From Lama glama (taxonomy: Eukaryota), in contig CM052816.1 in the NCBI GenBank assembly GCA_028534125.1, forward strand, positions 35,590,001 to 35,654,000: 64,000 nt of DNA, given 5' to 3'. Below, piece by piece: positions 37,311-51,306 of this stretch. Position numbers and translations under genes: made by a program. The notes beneath the pieces were generated by a model that saw only the letters and a list, made by a program, of their open reading frames with translations, was not told the origin of the DNA and made no database searches. Within the stretch, counting starts at the first letter, position 1, and each line of letters opens with the position of its first letter.

Positions 37311-40300
37311 GCCTGATGATAAAAGTTCATCTCATATTGGAGAGAGACAGACAAGAAGTGCCGCTGAAGGTCAGAGTAAGCTTTTCAGTATTTTGGCCAC
37401 TGGACTTACTCTACAAAAAGATCTGTGACCGTGAGCTGTCTTTCTGTGTGTGCATTTTGAAAGCTCCCACGTCAGCCTACAGCAGCAGCCCTTGAATGAC
37501 GGTCTCACAGGCTTTTAATGATATTCAGAACTGTTAAGTGGAGTTTCCCAGATGACAAAAATCACAGTCTGACACTGGCTTCTGAGCCTTTTATTCCACT
37601 CTCAGAGGATCACTGCACACAATGGATTGAATAAGATGGGGCTGATTTGCATCCCTGCTCCACCGATTGGTGACTGAGTATCTCAGCCTATTTATCTTCA
37701 AATGATGATTGGATGTTTCACATGCACTGTATAATTTTTTATCACTAAGTTAATTCACACTCTTTCGTGCTTATAAATGAGAACATGGCATTTTTGTTTA
37801 ATGATAGGACTTACTGTTACCCAAGTTTTATTGTGACTTTTTTTAAATTTAAGGAACATTTTCCTATGCTAACATTGGCCAACGTGTTTTTTTCTCAGCT
37901 GTTTTTCTTTTCCATGGTTATTTTCAGTGATGAATTGTTAAATCTAATTTTGGTTCCTTTTTGATTTTCTTTATACTGCTAGTTAAACTCCTGCTAGCCT
38001 GCTTAATGTAAAACAAAAATAAGTTTTAAATACAAATTCATGGTGGGTAAAGGTAATCATCTTGTTTCTCTTGTAGTTTATAACCTGATGAGTTTACCAC
38101 TGTAAATATTTAGGAAAGTGGTCTTGCGACCCAGCCTCCTATTTACACATGGGATTTACTGGTCCAATGTTAGGTCAAAAGTCAACACAAAACAGGAATG
38201 GAGGCTCTGATGTCTTGTCCCTTGGATATGTTTTCAGAGAATTCCACAGGCAGATCACTGTACTGTGAAAATAATGGGCTGCTTAGCACATCTCCAGACT
38301 TCACCTACATCGGGGCCTTTGTGTAACACATCAGTCATCCTTCTAATGTAGAGTCATCAATAGTTTCAAATTCAAGAAAGTAGGACAAAGGCATACTTGT
38401 TAGATCTGCCAAGGTAGAAGGTGGTGCAAGGGGAGGAGGAGGAGTTAGCCCGAAGGCAAAAGAAAAGCAACACACTTAAGAGGATTCACAGCCTCTGGGA
38501 ATAATTTTAGAAGAAATAAATAGTGAATTAAATGACTTACAAGCTTCTTTGACCCCATTCAACAATAGGTTGAATAATCTTGCTACATAAAACAAATCTT
38601 AGGGAAGCATTTATACTTTGGCTTTTTCAGTGTTAAGAATCTGAACAAATTTAAGAGTGTAGACAGTTACATAGACAATGAAGCTACAGAATGCCTTAAT
38701 GAGAGATTAAAAATACAGCAATTGAAAAATCAAGTTCATTTTCAAACTCATCCAGTAGTGTGATTAATACAAACTAAAAGGAAAATATCAGTGTAACTTT
38801 TTTTTAACAGCTATCCTACTTACATAATAACATAAAGAAATAAGACTTCTTTGGAGCAGATGGCATACAGCAAAGTGGCTGGTATGAGCTACAGTATTAT
38901 TAATATATGGGTGTTAACATTATGATTGAGTGTTATGAGTTCAGAAGAGAATTCCCAATTACGTGTCTGTGTGTTACTTGATTCTTAACTAGAGTGGTAT
39001 CTACAGCCCCACTTTGATTCTCCAGGATTTCTTGAGCTTGCAAACAGTTCTTCTAATTGATTAGCAGGTGGCATGTGGTGCTGCACCTCCCTTCCCACCC
39101 ACCCTCCCCCTGCCCTGGTTGCTACGGTGATACAATCTTAGCTTCCCCTCCATTGCTGCTTTCCCTGTTTCGCCTGATTTGTAGAATGAGATCTTGTGAA
39201 CCTATTGGACAAACTGGTGCTGGCATTTCAGTTCGAATGTGTTACCTAATGATCTTCCTTGGCTTAGTAAATGGAAAGTGGCCCTTTACACCAGCTTGCA
39301 TGTTTACATTTTGTAAAAGTGTCGTAGAAAGCAATGGTGTATGTAATTCTGTTTGATATACCTTTTATTTTCTCATTCCTTTTAAAGTAGTAGGGTATGA
39401 AATGTTTTTAAGGCAAACTTTGAGAGCACATTCACCTTCTTTCTTAAAGATCTCTAACAATCACTGTGCAAAGTGTTCTGTTACCACTGACAACCTTTTT
39501 TAAAACATGTTTCACAATTTTTTGAGATGAGATGTGTGCACACGCATGCACATGTTCATGTGTGTGTGTGTACATAGAGAGAGGGATATGTGGGTGTGTA
39601 TGCCTCTTCTGAAAATCAAGAGCATTGTTTTGTTTGCTTTAGTTTGGTTTTTACAGAAAAGCTAAGGCAAGTCAGTAATATTTATATCCTTTACTATGGT
39701 TTCCTGCCAATGTGAAAAGGACAGCAATTACTTTCAAATCAATTTTTAAGAGTCCTTGAGTTTTGAAGGCTGCTTTTCCTACATAGCAAACAAAGAGTCT
39801 GATCTAAGCATGCTTTGCATCTTCTGTAAGGAAATAGACCTGTAAGTCATACATAAAAATTCCACTTTTTATTTTAACAGCACCTTGTATGTACAAAGTA
39901 CAGTAGGACAAAAGACATCTCGTTGATCTACTGGCCATTCTTTCCTGTAGACAGAGAACAACAATAACCTCCTTGGAATAAATTTCACAGACCACAAGAC
40001 TTGCTGTCCACATTTTCAGAACATGTTTTATTTCCAATCATGACAGTACTATGTTTGAGGCCAACATTTGGCACCTATTTTTTAACATGATTTTATCTTT
40101 CCATAATTTTATAGGAAATACAATATGTAGTAAGAGAGTCCACCTCTTAAGACTGCTCAAATCAGGGGCCCGTCTGAAATGCAGTCATATTGCAGCGACT
40201 GGGACTCCCCTCTCCAACCCCAAAAAGGACATTTGGGGTTACATTTCAGATATGCTAACTAGAGGCCGTCTGCAAAATAAAGAGAGTGGAGTGAAAGAAT

Positions 40301-41659
40301 AAGAAGAAAATGAAATTAAGAAAACAAAATAGGAAAGAAAGATAACAACCTTTAACACTGTATATGCCTAGTTTCAAAAGGAAAAAAAAAACACCTTTGG
40401 CAAAGTTATCCTCCTTCAAAAAAGGTTTAAGGCTTAACTGAACTTTTCAATAACTTTAATGTAGGGATAATAATTTAAAAGTATGTTTTGAGTTTCACAG
40501 TATCACGTCTGTTTATCCTGTCATATTGACTATTTGGAAACTAAGAAAAAAATTCGTTTATGTAAAATGCTCATTTAATATATTGGATGACAATAAGAAA
40601 TGATTAACTAGAATTGTTCTCTTTGAAGTCTGCAGTGCGATATAGGTAGTCAAATATGTCATTGGAGATGGCATTTTTGCTCAAACTTCACTTTTAGATT
40701 ATTATTATTCTGTAATGAAAATAATCCTTTTCCCAAAGCCAAGATTTGTCATGGAAAGTAAAAGAGGTGAAGCAAATCTGAGTCAATTATAGAGAGAATT
40801 GCAGATACCGCAAAGAAATACGAAATTTTTCAAGTCTCACAATGTAGCACCCGTGATGTCCAAAGACAGGCTTAGACCCCTTGAATCTGTGTCACATGGG
40901 AGCACAGAAACAGTCCTTTGCATTTGAGAGTAGCCACAGTCCTCATCTTATCTTAAGAATCCAGATCCCTCCTTTATATAATTCTCGTATGAAGCTGATT
41001 GTGTGGGATAAGAGTTCACATCCTTTCCTTGTCTCCTCCAATTCCTATCTTTTTTTTTTTTTAGAGTTTCTTAAATGGTAATAAATGTAATGGTCAAAAT
41101 TGGACAGTTAGAGAGAAATATATCCTGGAATAAATCACAGATTTTTAACTTTTAACACTACTTCACACTTTGCAAAAGGAGGAATAGCAAGTTAAGATGA
41201 AAACCCACAAGCAGAATTTGTCAAAGGCAAACTGGTAAAAAGTAAGAAAATAGAATTGGATACATGTCAGTGACTATATTGTGACCCTATTTGGGGGGGT
41301 GGGGTACTATTTAAAGTCTGTATACTTAACACAGATTCCTTATATATTTGAAATAATTAGGAAGATGAAAAGGGGTTTAGATTTTCCATTTCCCTGCATT
41401 CCAAGTAACTTGATGTAAGAAATACTTGAGAAGCCTATGAAGTCACATTATCTTAGATGTAATTTAAGTGACTATTTATTGTTGGTAGGATGATAGTTGT
41501 GATGCAGCTTCCCAGACTGTGTGTGCAGAGTGATCAGTAAGGGGGTGAATTTTGTACAAACTGGTGAAATTGAATAGAATGGAAAATGTAGGTATCTTAT
41601 AAGTTCCATCTCATTCTTTACCCATTGACTCTATTTCTGTGCCTTTGTAGTGATAATCC

Positions 41660-41863
41660 AACAACAACAGTCACCTATTTACAAGACACTCTTAACATAG
41701 ATGATAGTATGTTGTCAGAATAAGCTGATAATTCAGTATCATTTCACCCCTCAGATAAGAAAACAGACTTCTTTAGAGTGACTTGGTCAAGATCACATTG
41801 CTTTACGTCCAGCTTGTGTACCTCCTGACTCTGAATTCTGTCCTTTCTTTGAACTGCTGCCTC
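41660..41863 (-). mobile_element. MIR SINE
   Basis: cagataagaaaacagac...agtgacttggtcaagatcaca...ctcctgactctgaattctgtcctttctt. Confidence 0.65.
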
Positions 41864-42754
41864 TTCTTGTCTTCTGATACCATTCAGTTCTTTCTCTTCA
41901 AACTTGTATCTCTATTTGCAACTTTCATAATAACCATGACCTTATACTCAATTCCTAGAATTCCTGGTTTATATCCACAATCAACATTGAAGTTGACATT
42001 CTGTATATTCCTTAATAGCCTTCTTGCTTTTGGTGTGATAGATTTTTCAGGCTTAGAAGTAATTTGGATTTTAAACACTGTTTTAGAGGTAGTTTATGAG
42101 TTTTCCCCGTCTGTTATTCTTTCCGGTTTCTCTTTAAACTTACTTTAATAGATATATCTTATTTTGAAATCAATCATGTTCAATTCAAACATTTTAAGAT
42201 TTCCTTTGATTCTTAAAAATCTTTTACCATATGCTAAAGGGGAAGAAGACTGTTTTAGTTCAATGATTTGAGATATGATAATACTTTTAAAACAAATCAA
42301 ATTTGTTTTATTAAATATATTTGGGGTTGAGAGTTCAGTAGACAATGGTCAGCACTTTATTTCGAACCATTTAATGGAATTGCATAAAATAGATCAAATA
42401 ATAAAGAGTACTTTTCTATTCTTCACAGTAATTCCACCTGCTGCTAGCCACATGGAGGTCATTAAAATATCCAATTTCATTGTATTTATACAAAGTTTTA
42501 AACATAAACATATTCTTTAAATGTAGCCCCTTAAAAAAAAGAAACTAATATTAACTAATATTACCGTTCAAAAGATATACCACATCCATTAGATGTTTCA
42601 TAAAGTCATCAAATAAACTTTTCTCTTCTCATGAATGATTCAGTCAGTGAGAATTTATTGATGTCTACGAGGTGTCAGATACTGTGCGCAGTACTGATGG
42701 AGACGTTAGAAAGTGCAAGGTAAAAGTCCTTCTGCTAAGGAGAAAAGACTGGAC

Positions 42755-42942
42755 CAGTGTCCTTCAGCATGTGTGTGCCTTTCAGTCAGCATCCAGATCA
42801 CCTGCAGAATTTGTTAAAAATGCAGATTCCTGGACCCCACCTCAGACCTGTAGAATCATAATCTACAGGTAGGATCCAGGAATCTGCACTTTTAAATAAC
42901 TTATCCAGTGATTCTGAGGCTCATTAATTTGAGAAGCACCTG
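42755..42942. mobile_element. MER5A-family MITE, adjacent to an L2 fragment at about 42635-42750
   Basis: atcacctgcagaatttgttaaaaatgcagattcctggaccccacctcagacct...ccaggaatctgcacttttaa. Confidence 0.85.
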
Positions 42943-43849
42943 TATATCAAGAAGTTGGACAAAGAAAGAAAGAAGTATAACACTGAGTGATAATTACTCT
43001 AATAGAATTGGCATTGATAAATACCTTATTTAAATTTATGTTTCTAATGAGTGTAAAATGTGAACATGTGACTGACTTATCATGTGGAGTGAGCACATGG
43101 ATTAATGTTTATCTAAAATTCCATGACTTAGGTGCCTTTAAATCTTAACAGAAATTAAACATACTGTTCTAGAGGTTCTGTCTGTTTTGAACTAGAAATG
43201 GCAGAATGAAGTCGTATTTGCAAGGAGTAGAAATAAATCTGCCATGAAATTCCTCTTTAAATTACCCAATTAAAAAATATTTGATATGAATATCTCAACA
43301 ACGCTAAAGAGGTCTTGGTTTCTTAGACATTTCATAGCAGAAGCAATGTCAAGTAACTCCCCTTGAGGCCAGCACTGCTCCTGGTCTGTTTGGATGTGTT
43401 AACTGGCAGAGTCTCAGAAATACCTGTCTGTCACTTACTTGGGCTTTACTGTTCTGCTTAGTTCAACCAGCTGCCCAGCTCAACCAAAAGTGGTTGTTCA
43501 CAAAGGCTGTATATGTAGTTCCAAGGAAAAAGGTCCTTATTTACTTTTTACCCAGCACTACAAAATGATAACTAGAGCTGGATTCCAGAAGATGCTTGTA
43601 CAGCCTTGAAAATTCTTGAAAATGTCAAGGTAGAAAACATTGACAAACTAGTATAGATAAAGCTTCCCCCTCTCAAAAAGGATATAGCTTTCCAGTATTT
43701 ATCAATAAGGTAGTCACCGTTCATTGATAAGCATGTAGTAACCATTTGTACTGTAGGACATAATTAGATATAAATAGATAATACTGTGCAGTAAAATATA
43801 GAGGAACTTTAGGATTCTGCTAGGTTTTCTGTTCACCTCACTTCATCCT

Positions 43850-44608
43850 TTCGTGTTTACTCATTTAACAAATGCTTGCTAAGTGCCAGTGCCAGACACT
43901 GTCCTAGGTACTGGGGCGGCAGCCTAGAATAAGCACACATAATCACTCTTACCACTTGGGGTTTGTATACTGGTTGGAGAGTGGTCTATAATGAGATGAA
44001 CATAAACCACGTAATAAAATAGTTCTTAAGGGAATTTACAGGAGTCTGTGATGGAACAGAACAGAAGAGGATAGGGGTCCAGCTTGACACAGAATTAGTA
44101 GAGGAGGCTACTCTTAGAAGGAAATATCTCAGCCCCAACCTGAAAGGTGAGAAGGAGCTAGGCACTAGAAGACTTGATAGAGAAACTGAGCAAACAACAG
44201 TCTACAGGCCCCACAGAGGGAGAGCTTGGTGGGTTGAAAGAACTGATGAAAGACCAGTACAACCTGAATGACAGGGAGGAAACACAAGAAGAAGGTAGAT
44301 GGATGTGCAGACTGTGCTATGTATGCCATGTACTTAGCTTTTATTCTGAATACAGTGGGAAGCCATTAAAGAGTATTATGCCGAGAAATGTGATCAGAAA
44401 TACGTTTTGTTTGTTTGCTTATTTTTTAATTTACCTTGGCTGCTGTGCACAGAATGGATTGGGGGTGGGGGCAGTGTGTAGAAAAATGACTGTACTGTTG
44501 CTGTGGTCCAAGGACAAATGATGGTAACCATGGAGATGGACAAGAGTGAATGGATTCAAGTTATATTTTTGTGGTAGAAGAAACAGACTTTGCTGATGGA
44601 TTGGATTT
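43850..44608 (-). mobile_element. L2 (L2a/b-like), about 0.75 kb
   Basis: tcatttaacaaatgcttgctaagtgcc...gccagacactgtcctaggtactgggg...tgggaagccattaaagag...acagactttgctgatggattggat. Confidence 0.85.
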
Positions 44609-47600
44609 TCTTCTGGAATTTACATGAAGTAGTTCAAGCATTATTTTCAGGACGAATACATATAAATCCAGACTTTATAGGTGTGGAAATGTAGGGAAAT
44701 AGGGGAAAAAATTTCATGTCCGCTAGCTCCCATCCTTTGTCCACCCTAGACTTTGTCCTCTTTGGGGTGGTCACCACAGAAACATTTTGCCTTTGTATAC
44801 ACAGATCGGAGAGGAGATGGAGCATATCACTTCCTGCAGCCTTTCTCTTTGATTCCTCCCACAAAAATCTGGAAGCATTATGGCGTAATTACATCGGCAA
44901 GTGTTTCTTGGAACCATTGTGTTTCATTTGTATTTGATTCTAGCTCCTATTTTTGCCTTTTATACTATGTTTGTATTTTCAATAAAAACAGCTTAGGTTG
45001 AGAGTAAAATCTGAGAAAATCTGCTGAAGCATTTAGAAACTCTAAAAATCAGGAAAAAATATTTAAAATATTTTTATTTTTGCTAGCATGCACTTATATA
45101 CCCCATCATAGTTAACTATTGTTTTTTATAATCATTTAATGTGTTTTCCCACTAAGTAGTAGTAAAAGTAATTTTAGAGCATTTAAGTTAATTTATCAGA
45201 TGTAATAATGCCAAACAAATGTGGCTTGTTTTAAGTAATGAGACTAGAGTAGGAAAAGACACATCAGGAAAAATTGGAAACCACAGAATAATTACATTTA
45301 GGCTTTCAAAGGCACTTGGCTCCGTATCCTCCTCCCTACCCGAAAGGAAATAAAAGGACAAGCCATTTAAAAATGAATTTTCCCCTGAAGACTTTCCCTA
45401 TTGTGTCTGTTTAGTCTGAACAGTTTTCAATATTGATGGTGAGTTTCTTTTGACCACCAATATGGCAAGTTCCTTTGAGATAGAGAGAGATTTCACCTTT
45501 CATTGCCTTGTGTTATTTCCCCTCTACTGAACTATGTAAAGAAAGGTAAATGGTAAAATGGCAGTGCAGGACAGAGAGCCTTAGATTATTCAGTCCTGTG
45601 CAAGGAGATTGTTTTCTTTTTTCTAGTGTCAGTGTACGTTTGGGGAGGGAAAAAATCTACTTTAGCAAGAAATTCTTCTTCCAGAGAGGTAATTAGGAAA
45701 CACATAACTTCTGTTTTAAGAGCACGTTTTCTACAAACGGCTGCATGCACTTGCAGCGATGATTGTATAATCATAGGCGGGCCCACAGCTACATCACAGA
45801 TGAAAGAACCTTACTGGGAAGATCAGGAATACATGCCTTTTGCTCTATAGGAATAATATGTTAGGAATGAATCCTGTTAAAACCGCTACTTCTGTCTCTT
45901 CAGACTCTGTCCTTCCCATAAAATAAAAATTTGAAGCCATTGATCAGTGAACGAAATGTACAAGCTACACGCCTTCCTAAATCTGAGTATATAAGGTCAT
46001 TTGGAAATAATAGTAATTGTTGAGTTTCTGTATGTAAAATAAAAATGCAGTATTATTTCTAAATGCATTATAGCCTCTTTAAAAGAAGTATCTAGCAAGT
46101 ATTTTGGAAAGGTCATCTTTGCTGACTTTCAAAAAATCAAAGTAGCTTTTTGCCTCTTAGAACGAATCCTAGAACTAAACTCTCTTAAGTAAACAAAGGT
46201 TTAAAAGAATAAATGTTTCACAACTAAGGATGTGATGGATTGCTACTGTATATGTATTTTCCTGCAAAGCTAGTCAAAGGCTTTTTTTTTTCCCACTGCC
46301 TCTTTAATCTTAGTGAAAAGCTTTCCTTAGAGTATGAGCAGGCCCCAGAGGAGCCCTATTTTCTCTTTATGTGTTTCTACATGCTGCTTCTCTTTACCAG
46401 ACTTGAAGATAGACCCACGTTTCCTACGCTGGTACTTGAAGAGCAATCATATTTTTTCATCTTAATTATTGTTTAGAATTTCCTTTATTATGGTTGAGAG
46501 GAACTATCCAAGAACTTCTTTTCTCAATGTAGCCTTAATATTTTGAAAGGCTCTGTAGATGGATGGTAAGATATTAATCATTTTATAATATCTCCCATCC
46601 TTAAAATATTTGGATATTTAATATCGACATGCCAAATGAGGTCAATTATAAGTACAGGTGAATTTAACAGAGTAATTGCTTATATGATGGTGGGAAAAAA
46701 AGGTTGTGTGCAATCCCTTTTATTCTTACTCCTTAACTTCTTAGAATACATGTAGAATACCAGTCAGCATGTGTCAAGAAAAAGAGTTGGTTATGTTGGG
46801 TGTCAATTTATTATCATAATTTAGAAAAAAAAAACTGAGGATTTTTTTCTCCCTAGAAAGAATACTTCTTTGAAATTACAGAAACTTTTCTTCAGAAGAA
46901 AATTACTATGTTAGTGAAAAACATAACCTTGTGATAGATAATATGCTCTTTTATATCCAGTTTTATTTACTAGAGAATCATGTGTTTACAGTTAAAGTCT
47001 TATGAGAGCTTATTAACTGGAGAAATTCCTTTCTGTACATTTTGGTTTTCACATTTGGCTCATAATCTTTTATATAAAAGGAAGTGATTGTTCTTAGCTA
47101 TTGGGCAGATGGGATGCTCAAGAATCAAAGACTAAAGCTTTCTAAAGAGTCTTAAGTACTCGCTTGCTCTTCTGCAAAATCTTGGGTAACTAACTCTGCA
47201 GTAAAAGTTATCTTTGCCTTTTTTTCTCACATGGCTAATTGCCGACAGCATGTGGAGTGACTGAGCCATCATTTAAATATTGCTGTTATGTAGTTTAGTT
47301 ACAGTTATTATTAGAGGCCGTTTATTATTTACAACATGTCACTCTTGTCATGGCTAATTCACGAAAATAGATTAACCTTTAACATTTTAAATATTTGAAG
47401 AGAAATTGACTTAGCATTTATTTTTCTATTTGGTATTTTTTATGAAAAGTCAGTGGACTTTAGAGACATCATTTTAATAACCACTAAAGACCCAGTCCAT
47501 AGATGATTTCAAGTTAAGCATGTTTTTTAAAATTGTTTGTTCACCTGTGTAATTTACAATTATTGCTTTTAAGTACATCATTTATCACTTTGTTTTATTG

Positions 47601-48293
47601 ATATGTTTAATCAGTTGTTTTCTTGTGCTTTTGTATTTAAACAAAATTCAAGTCAGTGGTCCAACAAAAATAAATAGGTTTCCAGTTGATGGGCTAAAGC
47701 AAAATCATTAACTTACTGGAGATGTCAGGTATAGATTGCTCAAAAATATACGTTAGTGTTGAAAAAAATCTTTTCTTAAATACTAAAGGTTCCTAATTTA
47801 TTTTGAAGTGGAAAAAATATTGCCATTACTACCCCCTCTATCTGCTTCCCTCAATATTATTATCTATCTGATGATGATAATAATGATGATAATAATAAAG
47901 GGGAGTCATTTATTTCTTTACATGGCACAGACAAGCTAGTTATCCTGCTTCCTTTGACCTGAGAAATGGCTATTAGAGAAGCAGGACATTTACCAGAGAT
48001 GATGATGCACATTAATCACCAAATTAAACACTGGAATACTCTCACCCGTATACCAGCAGACACAGGAACTTACTTATTCAGGAGCTGCAAGGCGAAAGAG
48101 CAGGAAAGGATGCAGGTAGCCAGAAGGAATAAAACTAATATAATCAGTAAATGAATATGTGAGTAATGCAGATTTTTTTTGGTGTGACAACAATTATGTC
48201 AGCAACCCCCACATGTTGCTTAATCTCCCTATGAGCCCAAACAAATAAATATTAAGTAGACTCCCCTCTCTTCCTCATCTAAATCATCTTCTG

Positions 48294-48505
48294 GTATGGT
48301 GTGGGAGTACGAGCCTGAACTCCAGAATCAGCTCTGCCACTTACAGCAGAGCCATTGGCCAGTAACTTACCTTTCTAAATCACTATTACATCGTCTGTAA
48401 AATTGGATTTATGCAACAGGTATTTAACGAGTGTCTGATATGTTTTAGGTACTATTCTAGGAGCTGAGGCTTAACAGTGAAATTAGGATGGCATAATACT
48501 AGCCT
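48294..48505. mobile_element. MIR (+) abutting an L2 (-) fragment
   Basis: aatcagctctgccacttac...tctgtaaaattgg, then atgcaacaggtatttaacgagtgtctgatatgttttaggtactattctagg. Confidence 0.6.
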
Positions 48506-49294
48506 GTGTGTGCTACGTAAAGAAGTAAATGTCTCTCCTTTATCTTTAGCATTAATATTGTTATCATTCCAAAGGTAATAATATGAAGGGAGGCAGGGAG
48601 AGGGGATAGTTGTGGTAATATTTAATTCTGCTTCAAAAAAAATTAGGACCATTTTAGTTCACATGAACAGTGAGCAGTGAAGTAAAGTCTATGCCTTCAA
48701 TAGTGTCTCCCTCACAAGGTAGTGGAGAGAGTCAGTAGGATATAAAATCGGGCACAGTGAGTGACATAGAGGACGTGCTCAGTTGCTGATAGATGCTGTC
48801 TTCATGATTAATGCCACATTATGTGTACAAAGCACTGAACAGGAATCCAGAGTCACTGGACTCCTGCTGTCATTGCCCACCAGTCCCTGGTGACTCGCTC
48901 ATTTGAACTGGCCCATCTTCCTCACTGTGAGCATCCAGGAGACAGCTCCACACTGGCTTCTTGGCTACACCGTCCAAGGCAAGTTTATGGGAGGCAGGTA
49001 GCCATTTGTCTGGACAATTTGAAGCTTTCAGGTCAAGAGCCCATGGGGGCGGACTGGAGTCATCTGGTCGTGAAGAGTAATCAGTCATCCTAGGACCCCC
49101 CAGTGCAGACAGGGCACGCTTTGGAAGGGGACAAAGCAAAACTCATATACAGGGCACCTACTCTACGCCAGGCACTGAATTTTCAGAGGGGAATTTGACT
49201 TTTCCCACTGTAGTATTAGGTTTTATAAGAAATGCAAGAAAGTTTTGCACTGGAGCTATCCTTTATCATTACTCGCCTCTTTGCATATTTGAGA

Positions 49295-49783
49295 TATAGA
49301 TTACTTTAGGTTGTAACACCCAAGAGTAGACTCTGAAGCAAGGATTTGAATACACGTTGTTATTGCCGAGGTTGTCTCAAGGAGCAGTGGTAAGGGGGTG
49401 GGGATGGAAAAAGGGGCAGGAAAAGAAAGCTTTTAGAGCTTTGTGTTTATGAATACATTACTACAGTGGGCAACTAGGGCTCAGTCCCACTTGGGGGGTC
49501 TCTGGAAGATGACATGGAACATGCCTTTGAGCTGTCTCCCCAGGGAGAAAAGAAACCGGGTATTTATCAGCTATGGCCTTTCTGTCATTGGCCAAGGGCT
49601 GCTTTTGGGCAGTTAATTCCGTGGCATTTCCAAGCAGTACTGTGTGCCACCCAGGCGTGCTCTGGGGACAGGGTGGACTCTCAGCAGAATCACGGGTGCT
49701 TGCAGAAGGAAACTAACTGTTGACCTTTTCAGAAACAGTGATTATAGAAAGGATGTGGGACGGCACCGATAGCATTGGCTACA
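49295..49783 (-). mobile_element. LTR16-family solo LTR (ERVL)
   Basis: agactctgaagcaaggatttga...ctacagtgggcaactagggctcagtcccact...gggtatttatc...ggcaccgatagcattggctaca. Confidence 0.8.
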
Positions 49784-50974
49784 GAGATCTTCACCCAAAT
49801 CTGCAACATAAGGCTGTATGTGGCAAGCTCAAAATACATAGAAACGTAAGAGGAGTGTACAAACGCTGGATATATATATGTGTATATATTTTTTTTCTTT
49901 AAAGAAAGGTGAGAACATTAGTATGGAAACACAACACCTGACTTACATGAAGGAAATATACTGAAGAGTTTTTCTTTCTAAAAGCATTACAAGTAATTGT
50001 TTGGCACTGGGGAACATTTTAGAATGGTCACCACTTTTTGATTAGCTCTTTTATCAAATTAGAACTTAATTACATAACACCCGTATGAAAAATCAATGTT
50101 TTTTCTTCCCTTTAGTTGCTGAAGCACTTGGACACTCCAAAGTAAATTGAATCTTTACATCAATTTTCCAGGAAAAGGAACGATAAAATCTTTGTCCTTG
50201 AGGTTCCACTTGACAGGGTCAAAAGCAATTTTGTCATTGTATTATACCATAACACAAATCAGAAAATGCAAAGATTTCAAAATTGCTCTATTTCACATAT
50301 TATCTCCATAGATTTCCTCTGCAGCTAAGCAAGGGTGTTATTAGGCACAAGAAATTTTGTTGAATTCTTAAACTGGTCTCAAGAATATTGTGATGGATGG
50401 TTTACTCCATTTAAATCAGATCATCTGGTGAAATTTCTTTTAGGTTAAGAGGGGGGTTCCTCAGATTCTTTTCAGGGCAGATCTTTTCACTTACTTGGTT
50501 AAATCCAGAATTGCTAAACTGTAAAGTACATAGACCCCAGGTACAATGGTGGTGAATATGATAAAAAAGAGAATTCTAGAAGGAGAAGAGAGCAACCTCA
50601 AGGCTAAACGTTATCTGCTTGAAAGTTTTATAGAGGGTGAAGTCCTGGCCTGACTACTTATTTATCTTTTTCCAAGCCAGCTGATTCTGAATACTCTAAA
50701 CCTTAATTAATGATTATTAATTTGACGTGAAGCTCTATGCAAATGCCCAGATACCATCTGGAGTATTTTACCCAGTTACATGTGATAAATATTTCTCTAA
50801 TAAGACTCCTTGTACCCGATTAGAAGTGCCTATGGCTCTCAGCCATGAAGCTTAGCTTTTAGTGGAACCTAAACCACATAAATGCAGACAAAAAGATATT
50901 TTATGTACTTTCTTCATAGTTTTGGCATTTCCTGCTGAAGGCTACACACTGAAGTCTCAAAGGGACACTCTCTC

Positions 50975-51306
50975 AAAAGTCAGGTTTCCCTGAGCTCTGC
51001 TGTCACTTCCTCAGGTAGAACTTATCTGGTTTTTCCATCTAAAATAGCCCCTAGTCCTGGCCCCTCATCCCCATCACCTCACCCTGTTTCATTTTCTTCA
51101 GCGCACTTATCACTGTCTCATCTTCTTTATTTACTCTTGTCCCTTTATTTGTTTATATGTTTGTTTGACTCTACCCTGGAACATTACCACCATTGAGGAA
51201 GAGAATTTATCTATCTTATTCATTGTTAGACCCCGATGTCAAGGGCAGTGCTTCCCACAGGGCAGGCGCTCAATAAATTTTTGTTGAATGAATCAATGAA
51301 AGAATG
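50975..51306 (+). mobile_element. L2a-like 3' end
   Basis: Ends caggcgctcaataaatttttgttgaatgaatcaatgaa. Confidence 0.85.

Noticed and set aside
50116..50141. 26-nt AG...GT segment
   Set aside because: Poor donor (AAA|gtaaat).
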